A stretch of 64,000 bases of DNA from Candidatus Poseidoniales archaeon (GTDB lineage Archaea > Thermoplasmatota > Poseidoniia > Poseidoniales > Poseidoniaceae), in NCBI GenBank assembly GCA_038146705.1, contig JAYQSB010000007.1, forward strand, positions 7,583 to 71,582, given 5' to 3'. Below the pieces are notes generated by a model. The model was given only the letters and a program-made list of their open reading frames with translations. It was not told where the DNA came from and made no database searches. Below are positions 16,601 to 25,300 of this stretch, piece after piece. A program made the translations under genes and the position numbers. Each line of letters begins with the position of its first letter. The stretch's first letter is position 1.

Positions 16601-18521
16601 GGATAGGGTCGCATCAAAAGAAATCATTGTCATACCAGGGTCGATTGTTTTCCCGGGCTTTGTTGAGGTCACATTCGATCAACTTACTCAAGAATCGGGT
16701 GTTGCAGAATACAGAGCGAAGTTAAGTGGAAATGGTGTAGAAGTTGACCATAGCCAATATAGATTCAACATCACTGTTACCGATTACGAGGTCAGTGCGC
16801 TCGTTCGGGCTGAACTTGACCCAAATGAAGTTCCTTTAGAACTCGTGAGTGTTCAAGACCGCTCACTTCTATTTACATTACAAAAAGAAGAATTACATGT
16901 CCGAGTGTATGATAAAACAAATCAACTCTTCACAGATATTCTCTTGGAAAGCAATTGGGATGGAGAACTTGCGACACTTGAACGTGAGGATGAGCTTGTA
17001 CATGTTGCTTGGACAAGAAAAACAGAAAGTATCGATGGGTACACACTTACGGATATTGGTATGACTTCAATATCGTACGAAGGAAAAATAACGCCGAAAC
17101 ATTATCATATGCAACCACTGAAACTCTCGGAAGGAACGTATTGGGGTCTCGCACTCGACGAACACGATAACCGAGTTGTCTTAGCAGGATACCATCGAGA
17201 TATTTCGACAGGTGGTTCATGGCAAGATGTTACATCGATCTTCGCCCTTGTGAGCGAAACACCTGACAGAGGAACATCTTGGGGTAACGAAGTTGTTGTC
17301 CTCGCTGATGTTGATATTCGTGAAAGTGATGCACAACCTCTTGCGATTGCCTTGGGCGAAGAGTATCTGCACATCATCTACCAACAAAGGAGAGATGATG
17401 TCACAGGTATTGAACGGGTTGGATTGATGTACACGCATGGAGACCCAACCCAATCATCTTGGTCGTTCAAATCTGCAGTTGACGATGAGAGTTACAATGC
17501 AGAACTTGATGTCATCGTTGATGACGATGAGGATATCCTCATTGCCGCTTGGATGAAACACACAGGGCGATTCACTCAGATAGCGACTGCGATAACTGAC
17601 TCGAGTTGGTCAATTGGTGAACCAAATTATATCCATTCACCAGGTTCAAAATATCTCAGCATTGGACAACACAAGGACGGTCACTATCTCGTGTATGATG
17701 AAATCAATGTCTTCGGACCAGTGACTCGATTTGGAAAAATATCTGACCAAGATGGAAATGCAGTGAATGGGCTTTCAAACATCATCTCATCAGGATATAT
17801 ACGTGGTTACGATGTGAATGAAGACAACGATGGCCTGATGTTTTTGATTTCAGAAACTGGTTCCTATGAATTCAAAGACATTCTATCGAAAAACAGTTTC
17901 AAGGAAGGTGAGCGATTGTCTGGACTTGAATTGCTCCTCGAACCTCTTCCAGGCTCCTACGAAACAAAACTCATTGTTGCATCATCCGCAACACTATTTC
18001 TTGGATTGTTTTTGATGTTCATCATCGTCACATTGCGAAGAAGTCGTAGAGAAGTTGAACTTGAAATTGCTAAGGTGGTCGAAGACCAAGACAATGTGGA
18101 ATTGATGATACAACCACAAGAAGATGTAGGTCCATTGCTTGCTATTGATGCCGAAGAAGAACTTGTTGTTTCTTCACCGACAATCATCGAGCAGCAAGAT
18201 GCCGAAGAGGAGCAAACATTAACAGAAGAGTTGGAGCAAAAAATCGAGCAAGGCGAAGGAAGTGCCAGACTTGAGCGCCGTATGAAGAGAAAGAAAGACC
18301 GTGAACATGCTGAGATGTTTGCGAATTTACCACCACCGATGTTGCCCCAGATAGCGGACATACCCCCACCCGACATCGCAGTTATTCCACAACCTGTAAT
18401 GCCGCTACCTGAATTATCCAAACAAATGGTTTGTCCAAAATGTTCGGCGACAATCAAAGTCAAAGACATCATGCGAACATCGATTATATGTCCGATATGC
18501 TCGGCAACGATTGAATCCTGA
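13680..18521 (+). CDS. Giant subtilisin-like (S8) serine protease, with CARDB-like and Asp-box/propeller-like regions, C-terminal TM anchor and cytoplasmic zinc-ribbon tail
   Basis: Signal peptide MYRRNSRIMLLILISGLMVSS. Catalytic triad contexts VIAVLDTGVD, GHGTHVAGSA and GTSMATPLVSG. CARDB-like VAIRNIGDDDGEDVYIVLNAPG and Asp-box-like TPDRGTSW. TM helix LIVASSATLFLGLFLMFIIVTL (17970-18035). The 161-aa tail ends in CPKC-x15-CPIC (18432-18503). GGAGGGG precedes the ATG at 13680. Confidence 0.9.
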   Translation: MYRRNSRIMLLILISGLMVSSTTIAPILAQPTPAETMQKDRTAPILIEGLPPLMCGQDICPFESRIIERHDLPASEDYLWWLSYGPDLDWNGMDDRLQRVMAGADSISPTAIVGPDGRKTVAIVVDFAWHPTQDDHNALRDVLQQHGWVGEEGGAWYQALDSLDSIVVDKVPVSALMDIYFLDGVVVVEMQNVMIPSNDIATRALRMRSSEVYTATAYERGYSGEGVVIAVLDTGVDNEHRSLNDFDDKNDAPDEDPTSYDDQKWVAGYDATSAASNADGSQDPDDGQGHGTHVAGSALGTGGSDRVHMGTAPGAYLVDIKVLTDSGGTNSQASLNGIQWMINNRNTDWGNNASSRGIDVASMSFGSVSSPLNPDDEGDNGTGAEARLVNNATSAGIVCVVAMGNDGSQRVPSPASADGAISVAAANDRNNVNRTNDVIASYSNSGPRLSDNDDDDWDELKPDVTSYGTAIISASAATGPSLPGQFKTLAENEYESLDGTSMATPLVSGVVAIMLQADDSLTPEQIKDILRNSSEQKGSASEPSVSNRWNANWGFGLVDASCALDKVLKRVCTSLDDSGVVIDPPPGGGVGDHVDVDEPENQSYHLAGQYLRVSGTTDIPSDVDYVQVQVLLEQVNQDGDKTELLPWTAATGSVENWYLDILVQDDWADPDADYNVVYARAVTDEGDASSIAYKIVQFGKMDITFSSPVADSTISGSIEVSGTVEGTDHNRIEYKVDGGDWILGTNLESMEEGIQSWSFVWNSQEVEDGIHKLSVRMVNDSEIKTDVERRSFTVDNFPATPDFEIFGVPEIHEQGLPVYDAIAGTLLEVKVAIRNIGDDDGEDVYIVLNAPGTNSTSYPSDKILDLIEEGATTTFTLYWWATEPGEHTVEIEIDPNNRFSEPNEENNVYSFTFVVNERPVQPVLRFQSGAVSTSPVIPTPNTEFKINIRVDNYGQNDATNLQLALDKKVEGVGWDRVASKEIIVIPGSIVFPGFVEVTFDQLTQESGVAEYRAKLSGNGVEVDHSQYRFNITVTDYEVSALVRAELDPNEVPLELVSVQDRSLLFTLQKEELHVRVYDKTNQLFTDILLESNWDGELATLEREDELVHVAWTRKTESIDGYTLTDIGMTSISYEGKITPKHYHMQPLKLSEGTYWGLALDEHDNRVVLAGYHRDISTGGSWQDVTSIFALVSETPDRGTSWGNEVVVLADVDIRESDAQPLAIALGEEYLHIIYQQRRDDVTGIERVGLMYTHGDPTQSSWSFKSAVDDESYNAELDVIVDDDEDILIAAWMKHTGRFTQIATAITDSSWSIGEPNYIHSPGSKYLSIGQHKDGHYLVYDEINVFGPVTRFGKISDQDGNAVNGLSNIISSGYIRGYDVNEDNDGLMFLISETGSYEFKDILSKNSFKEGERLSGLELLLEPLPGSYETKLIVASSATLFLGLFLMFIIVTLRRSRREVELEIAKVVEDQDNVELMIQPQEDVGPLLAIDAEEELVVSSPTIIEQQDAEEEQTLTEELEQKIEQGEGSARLERRMKRKKDREHAEMFANLPPPMLPQIADIPPPDIAVIPQPVMPLPELSKQMVCPKCSATIKVKDIMRTSIICPICSATIES

Positions 18522-18530
18522 AGTGGAATT

Positions 18531-20354
18531 ATGTGTAGCATCTTTGCATACATCGGCCATCGACAAGCACAGCCAATTTTGCTCGATGGTATTCGAAGGA
18601 TGGAATATAGAGGCTACGATTCTGCTGGCGTAGCGATTAAAAATTCAAAGATAAAAGTTGCTAAATCCGTAGGTAATGTGTCACAATTACAATCACGAAT
18701 ATCCGAACGATTGCTAGGTACCCGAGGCATAGCACACACAAGATGGGCAACTCATGGGGGCGTGACCAATGAAAACGCCCACCCACATTTCTCATTTGAT
18801 GAAAAAGTGGTTTTAGTCCACAATGGTATCATTGAAAATTACAAGGTGCTCTCCCGTCAACTTGCATCGAAGGACATCAAACTAAAATCGCAAACCGATA
18901 CTGAAGTCATAGCACATCTGGTGGCCTTGGAATTAAAGGATGGTAAAACGCCGACAGAAGCTGTACAAAACACCATCCTCAAATTACGAGGAACGTGGGG
19001 TATCTGTGCGATGTTTGCTGACCATGAAGAACTTGTATGTGCACGGTTCGGCTCACCGCTTCTCGTAGGCAAAAGCGAGGGCGAAATGTTTGTATCAAGC
19101 GACCCTCATGCTCTTCAACCATACACTGACAAGGTGATTTTTCTCGAAGAAGGCCATCTTGCAACAATAACAGCGTCAAAGGTTGACATCTCATCTTCTT
19201 CAAACAACAACCCTGTCAAAGCAGAAATAGTGAAACTTGAACAAGAATGGGGTGAATCTGAATTAGGTGACTATGAGCATTACATGCTCAAAGAGATTTT
19301 TGAACAACCGGATGCATTACGTCACTGTGTTTCTGGACGAATGAATTTGAACCAAGGCATTGGCCGACTTGGAGGAATGCGGCTTGAACCAAGTGTACTT
19401 CAACGTACACCACACGTTCGACTCCTTGGATGTGGAACTGCATTTCACGCTGCAGAAATAGGAGCGGCCTTAATCGAACGATTAGCAAGAATTCCTGCGG
19501 TTGCAACAATTTCGAGTGAATTCAAAACCAATGATCCAGTCATCAATCCTTTAGCCATACATCTTGCGATTTCACAGTCAGGTGAAACTGCGGATACAAT
19601 TGCAGCGGTTCAAGAAATGCATCTCAAAGGCGCAAAAGTGCACGGGGTTGTCAATGTCGTTGGTTCAACAATTGCTCGGTTATGTGGTCAGGGCGTTTAC
19701 ATTCATGCCGGCCCTGAACAAGCAGTAGCCTCAACGAAAGTCTTCACAAACATGATTGCAGCACTCGCCCTTTTTGCAACTCAAATTGGACGTTCTCGAC
19801 ACATTTCAAAAGACCAAGGTGTTGAAATCCTGAAAGAACTTCAACAAATCCCTCATAAAATGGAGGAATACCTTGAATCTCAAGGAAGCATTCAGGAAGC
19901 GGTTGACGTTCTCAAAGATGCTTCATCTGTTCTCTTTCTTGGAAGGGGTATCTCCGCCCCTGTAGCAAAAGAAGGAGCCCTCAAATTGATGGAGGTTGCG
20001 TACATTCCTTGCTTGGCATATCCAGCGGGTGAAATTAAACACGGTCCTATCGCACTTCTTGAAGAAGGTAGTCCAGTTGTCGTTGTTGCACCAAATGATT
20101 CACTTCAGGTCAAGGCCATGTCTGCTATTCATGAATGCCGTGCACGAGGTGCAAAGATCATTCTCATCCATGAACAAGGAGATTCGATTGCATCAGAAGG
20201 CGATATTTCCATTGCAGTTCCGAGTACCCATGAAGTTCTCTCCCCACTTTTGACAGTATTGCCGCTTCAACTGATCGCTTACTACACCGCTCTTGCACGT
20301 GGATGCAATATCGACCGGCCTCGGAATTTGGCAAAATCGGTTACAGTTGAATGA
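18531..20354 (+). CDS. glmS: Glutamine--fructose-6-phosphate aminotransferase
   Basis: N-terminal nucleophile Cys (MCSIFAYIG), GHTRWATHG and HNGIIENY in the amidotransferase domain, two SIS domains (ISQSGETADT), and C-terminal NLAKSVTVE. Confidence 0.9.
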   Translation: MCSIFAYIGHRQAQPILLDGIRRMEYRGYDSAGVAIKNSKIKVAKSVGNVSQLQSRISERLLGTRGIAHTRWATHGGVTNENAHPHFSFDEKVVLVHNGIIENYKVLSRQLASKDIKLKSQTDTEVIAHLVALELKDGKTPTEAVQNTILKLRGTWGICAMFADHEELVCARFGSPLLVGKSEGEMFVSSDPHALQPYTDKVIFLEEGHLATITASKVDISSSSNNNPVKAEIVKLEQEWGESELGDYEHYMLKEIFEQPDALRHCVSGRMNLNQGIGRLGGMRLEPSVLQRTPHVRLLGCGTAFHAAEIGAALIERLARIPAVATISSEFKTNDPVINPLAIHLAISQSGETADTIAAVQEMHLKGAKVHGVVNVVGSTIARLCGQGVYIHAGPEQAVASTKVFTNMIAALALFATQIGRSRHISKDQGVEILKELQQIPHKMEEYLESQGSIQEAVDVLKDASSVLFLGRGISAPVAKEGALKLMEVAYIPCLAYPAGEIKHGPIALLEEGSPVVVVAPNDSLQVKAMSAIHECRARGAKIILIHEQGDSIASEGDISIAVPSTHEVLSPLLTVLPLQLIAYYTALARGCNIDRPRNLAKSVTVE

Positions 20355-20356
20355 TT

Positions 20357-21076
20357 TTACAAGACTGAAAAACGCTGTTCGCTCTCTTTCCATGTGAATG
20401 GTTTGTAACCTAGCACGTGCCGTGTGTGCCGCATTTTCACGATACCAATTTTTCTTGAAACATCATCGCCGTGACGTTCCATCACGAGATGCAAGACGCC
20501 GTCTGAGAGGTAATCTTCGACTCCGTATTCCCCAAACTGTTTGTGGTCATCACCTGTCATTTCACAGATGAAGAATGAAGTGAGGTTGAGCCTGCGAACG
20601 GCTTCAAACAGTCGGAAAATCTCGTCTCTTGGGTTTTCCATTTTTGTTAATGTGAAAAATGCTCCCAGCGAGTCAAAGACAAGTAATTCAAATCCAATGG
20701 ACTCTCTGTACGATGTGAGTTGTTTAATGAGTTGACCCATCCAATCAACACGCTTGTTCATTCCCTGCTCATCAAGTTTAACACGAAGGTCAGCCAAGTC
20801 AATGATAGCGATTCTGTTTCGGACACGTGCATCCTCGACATTCATACCCATATTGGCCATGTGTGACCTAAGAGATTCTTTTCCTTGTTCCAGCGTCACA
20901 TAGATTCCACTTGTTTCACCATAGAGAACTGCATTGTAGAGCATTGAAAATGTCAAACTGGATTTCATTGCACCCGATGCACCAGCTACGATGCAAATGT
21001 GACCTTGAGGGATGCCTCCTTGCATATTTTCGTCTAATCCTTCAATATTGGTTGGGATTCGTTCGCTGTCTGCCAT
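20357..21076 (-). CDS. Single-domain KaiC/RadA-like RecA-superfamily ATPase with non-canonical P-loop
   Basis: RIPTNIEGLDENMQGGIPQGHICIVAG matches the KaiC-like N-terminus. The P-loop reads GASGAMKS (Met where Gly is expected). Walker B is LLVFDSL. The ORF opens at TTG 21115, and the first ATG is at 21076. Confidence 0.65.
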   Translation of the reverse strand: MADSERIPTNIEGLDENMQGGIPQGHICIVAGASGAMKSSLTFSMLYNAVLYGETSGIYVTLEQGKESLRSHMANMGMNVEDARVRNRIAIIDLADLRVKLDEQGMNKRVDWMGQLIKQLTSYRESIGFELLVFDSLGAFFTLTKMENPRDEIFRLFEAVRRLNLTSFFICEMTGDDHKQFGEYGVEDYLSDGVLHLVMERHGDDVSRKIGIVKMRHTRHVLGYKPFTWKESEQRFSVL

Positions 21077-21170
21077 AGGACTCACTAAGTAACGGGATTT
21101 GTTTGGTTTCTTCAAGTTCTCGTTCGATTTTCATGGATAAAATTACGGCATTTCGTGTCCTAGCCATCCT

Positions 21171-21743
21171 ATGGAGGTCATTTTGGCGTCAGCATCTCCA
21201 CGCAGAAAAATTGTGCTTGAGGAGTTCGGTTTTCGTGTCGTACAGCACCCATTGGCCGGTATCGATGAGCGTGCCCCTACAGGAGTAGATGTAAAATCTC
21301 AAGTTGAGTCAATTTGTCGACGAAAGTCTGAGGGGTTCAAACCTCAAACTGACCAAATTGTTGTCGTTGCAGATACGATGATTGAACATCCAAACGATGT
21401 GTTGCATAGCATTGGAAAGCCAATAAATAGGGCCCATGCAAATGAAATATTGTTGACTCTTTCAAATCAAAACCACAACGTCTGGACTGCGACCGGTGTA
21501 AGTGTGCATGGGAAATGGAAATTTTTCGTTGATTATTCTGTGGTTTTTATTCCTCAACTTGAGTCTACGACTCTCGAGATTCTGCTCGATTCAGGTTCTT
21601 GGAAAGAAAAAGCTGGTGCGTATGATTTACAAGGAAAAATGGGCGATTATGCAAAATTGAAGGAGGGCCATGAATCGACCGTTCTTGGCATATCATCAAG
21701 TGCAATCGACTACCTGCAGACAGTGTTTCACGAAGACAATTGA
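21171..21743 (+). CDS. maf: Maf-like nucleoside triphosphate pyrophosphatase
   Basis: N-terminal ILASASPRR, VVVADTMIE (ADT motif), KAGAYDLQG near the C-terminus, ~190 aa. Confidence 0.8.
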   Translation: MEVILASASPRRKIVLEEFGFRVVQHPLAGIDERAPTGVDVKSQVESICRRKSEGFKPQTDQIVVVADTMIEHPNDVLHSIGKPINRAHANEILLTLSNQNHNVWTATGVSVHGKWKFFVDYSVVFIPQLESTTLEILLDSGSWKEKAGAYDLQGKMGDYAKLKEGHESTVLGISSSAIDYLQTVFHEDN

Positions 21744-22300
21744 GGGGTGAGCCCTAAATCATGGTTTGATGAATCTACAACGACATCGATTCCAGGAATG
21801 AGAAACAATTTATCCTCGTTGTCGAGTGAATACACACCAATGCCATAATGATTTGAATTCGACTTTAATTCCCTCTTCAATGCATCTTGATGTGTTTCCA
21901 TATGCAACAATGGTCGGAAGTCGAGGATCACTGAATCGCCCTGCATCACTCGTTCGAACATTGGACGGAATGGAACTCTAAACTTTTCATCTGGGCTAAG
22001 GTATCGAACCGCTTTATCGGGTATTGGATTCTGATAGGTGAGTGGTACACCGAGGTCATGAAATGGTTCACCATCTGAGGTGACAGGGCCTTTCCAGTCA
22101 AAAGGAACCTCTCGCCTTTGCTGAGGTGTGGCGATTGGAACAGGTTGAATGACTGGCGGTGGGATATCGTCTAATTCCGCTTCGAGAATATCTTCACCAC
22201 TTGGTTGAGGGGGTTGTCGTTGCTGATTTCGCTTTCTCTTGGAAGGAGGTTTATTTCCATCGGGGTCGGGTAAACCAAAAAACTGCCAAAGGCTCACCAT
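21728..22300 (-). CDS. Possible SepF-like cell-division protein with long Pro/Gln-rich linker
   Basis: Amphipathic N-terminus MVSLWQFFGL, then a P/Q-rich linker. The C-terminal ~75 aa (QGDSVILDFRPLL...HYGIGVYSLDNEDKLFLIPGIDVVVD) follows the SepF pattern as I remember it from archaeal SepF. This is recognition by eye only. Confidence 0.4.
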   Translation of the reverse strand: MVSLWQFFGLPDPDGNKPPSKRKRNQQRQPPQPSGEDILEAELDDIPPPVIQPVPIATPQQRREVPFDWKGPVTSDGEPFHDLGVPLTYQNPIPDKAVRYLSPDEKFRVPFRPMFERVMQGDSVILDFRPLLHMETHQDALKRELKSNSNHYGIGVYSLDNEDKLFLIPGIDVVVDSSNHDLGLTPQLSS

Positions 22301-22309
22301 AATTTTTCC

Positions 22310-25300
22310 TCAGAAATCTAGATCGTCCAATAAATCGTCAATCGATGGCTGGGCAGGTTGAGTTTGGGTATCAAAGACTTGTGGTTGAATAGGTGCTGGT
22401 GGTGCTGAATTTGCCTCCAACCATTGGTGGCCGTAGTAATTCCATTGTTCTAGCGTCCAACCTTGTGGTAGACCCGTTACAGGAATTGGCGGGGTAGGCG
22501 AGGTTTGTTGCGTCACAACAGGTTGTTGTGGAACTTGAGCGTTCAACGATGGTGCTGGTTCCAACTGTGTTTGTTGTTGAGGTAATGCAGGGAGTGCAGG
22601 CAATTCAGGCAGTTGGTTTTGCTGAGGTTGTTGAAATGCAGGAATATGACCAGTCCCGCCAATGCCAAAGACAGCATCGTCAAATTTCGTTTCATAGACT
22701 TGGTCCGAAGCCCTTGGCTTTGTGATCAACATAAATCCACCGAGGAGTGCTACGATGATGAGGATCGAAAAAATCGTGTACGTCATTGTTGTTCCTATTG
22801 CTGCTTCAATCGATTCAAAGACGCCGTCTGGAGGCAATTCTGCAACTTTGATGGTGATGGTCGTCGTTTGAAATTCCCCATCATCGTCAATGACAGTGAG
22901 AACGATGTCCCATGTTCCAGGAGGCAGGTTCATCAGTTCGATTGTCTCTGTGCTAAAATCGACATCACCAGTATTTTTCCCATCGAGGTTTCCATCCATG
23001 TAACCAACATCCCAAGTGTACAGCAGCGTGAGTTTGTCTGTCTCTGTTTCTCGTGTTCCCGATGCATCAAGGACGAGAGAGTCACCCTCTGTCAACTCTG
23101 TTAGAACAGCTTCAGTACCAATGACTGCAACAGGTGGAAGATTGAGTACACTCACATTCATGGATATTGACGCTGAAGCACCGTCATTGTCGATAACAGT
23201 TGCAGTAATTTTGCGAATCCCCATTGTGCCCCATGATGCATTCAAATTTTCACCGGTCACTTCACAGTCATCGTCCATGATTCCATTATTGTCCAAATCG
23301 ATGGTGGAATCAAGGTCCCAGCAAATGCGCAATGAATTCATGTCTGAGGGTGTATCATCAACATCGACAGTCAAATACAGGGGGTCATCTTCAAACAATG
23401 GTACATCGCCAAAGAATCCAGAAATTGTTGGTGCAAGATTGTTGACCATAACCGTTCCATACCGTGTTTCTGAGGTTACTCCATCATCATCAATAGCCCG
23501 GACACTGATGATGTGTTCACCTGAAATGTTCCACGAAATGAGTTGATTTGATTCGGCACCTGTGGTTGTCAACGTCCAATTTTCATCTTTATCGGATGGG
23601 TGCCATTCGATGAGCAAAGAGGGCTCATCGCCTGTAGAATCATCGGCCTGAACTGCTAGGAATCCAACTTGATCTTCGTTCACAACCCAAAGACCATCTT
23701 CATTTACATTTGCGGCTTCTCCAGCGAGAATAAGTTGTGGGTCAGAAATTGTTGGGGCAATGTTAAGAACTGTAACGCTGAAATTCACTTCTGTTGATGC
23801 ACCATCATCATCCACGCCAATTGCTGTGATTGTCATTTCTCCCTCTTCAACAGGTGTGAATGTACAGAGTCGTTGGGTGAGACCTTCATCACAGGATATG
23901 CCGGGCCAAGAAATTATGACATCTTGACCTTCGGGTGATATTGTGTCGTTATCAGCGACACCTGTCGCTTCAACAGTAATCTTTGATTCGACGTTGACAG
24001 TTTCAGGTCCAGTCAATTCGAAAACAGGTGCTCGATTTAATACGCTAACTGTGTGATTGAGTTCGGATGTATCCAGTTCATCATCGGTGACAATCAAATG
24101 TACATTCCATTCCCCATCATCTGACCAGTTGAATTCAGTAACACAAGTTTCTGAGTAAATTCTTGTGATAAGGCCAGGTTTGTTTTCGATTTCAAACATA
24201 CACTCAACTTCACCACCGTCGATGTCAAAGCTCGCCGTGGCATCGAGTGTGATGTTTTCCCACGTGTACATTCCTTCAGTCGAAGTCATATTGCTCGTAG
24301 GCAACCTTCCAAAGAAGAGATTCATTGTACCTTGGTTATTTGTTCTATCAGCATCTTCAGTTACACTCTCAGTTGGGTCGACGATGTATGTGAACACCGA
24401 TGTACCAATCGCTTGATCTTCTGCGACGGTGAGGTTAATTTCAACCCTGTAGGTCGAGTATGGACCGATAGCGGGAATGGTGACGCTTGACGTTGAAGAG
24501 AGTGGGCTGCCATCAAGCAAAAATTGAACATCGGTTGTGGGTGATGTTGCTATACCTCTATTTTGAATGGGTAATGAAAATGTAAGCAAATCACCGGGTA
24601 TTGAATTAAAACCAATGGCTGAATTCAGCGTTGTTGTTTCACCATTTCTGGTGCGCTCAACAATGCTTGCAGACGCTTGTGCAATGAGGTCCACGCCAAC
24701 GATTGAAAGGTCCATGACGACACTTGTGACACCAATGACTCGGGCCACAGGGTCCCACACAATGAGGCCATTGCTCGAATAATCATCGCTGCTCGGGGTG
24801 TCATCTGTAAATTCAGATGTGTCTAAATCAGAAATCGAAATATTACCAACACCATCAGTTGTTGGATTTCTAATGGTTTTGTCAATTTCATATCGTACCT
24901 GCAAGTTTGTGTTTGCCACACCATTTCCATTGTTGAGGTATTGTGCTGTAAAACTTGTATCGATTTCGGGAAGAACTCGGGGGTATGCCATTTGGACATC
25001 GATGACCTTGTTTCTCGTACCTGGGTTCGAGGTTGCAGATACGCCAGTAGAGTCAACTGGGCTGTAACTTTTCAAAAACCAGTCAATAGTGAATCCTGCA
25101 GTATTCGATACCCTATTCCATGCAGGGCCTCGAACTTCTGGACAATACCAATTGAATCCAGTGTTCACTCCTGTTCCATTCCATTCCATGATCTTGAAGG
25201 AATTTTGACAGCCTTGATATGAAGGAGCGTTACCGTTTTCTGAAGGAGCCTGATTCTTGGTGATTTGCCACGAGTAATTTTCTGTTACTGTATTATCAAA

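Noticed and set aside
17957-18553. 198-aa minus-strand ORF spanning the S8-protease tail and the glmS start
   Set aside because: It crosses the junction of two well-supported plus-strand genes. Its Ser-rich, low-complexity translation makes it unlikely to be coding.
20357-21076. KaiC-like gene considered as evidence of a circadian clock
   Set aside because: It has a single RecA-like domain only, with no kaiA/kaiB nearby. Single-domain KaiC/RadA-like ATPases are widespread in archaea with non-clock roles.
22613-23546. 163-aa and 176-aa plus-strand ORFs inside the PKD-protein gene
   Set aside because: They are antisense to a CDS with clear PKD repeats and have no motifs of their own. Long open antisense frames are expected in long, codon-biased genes.
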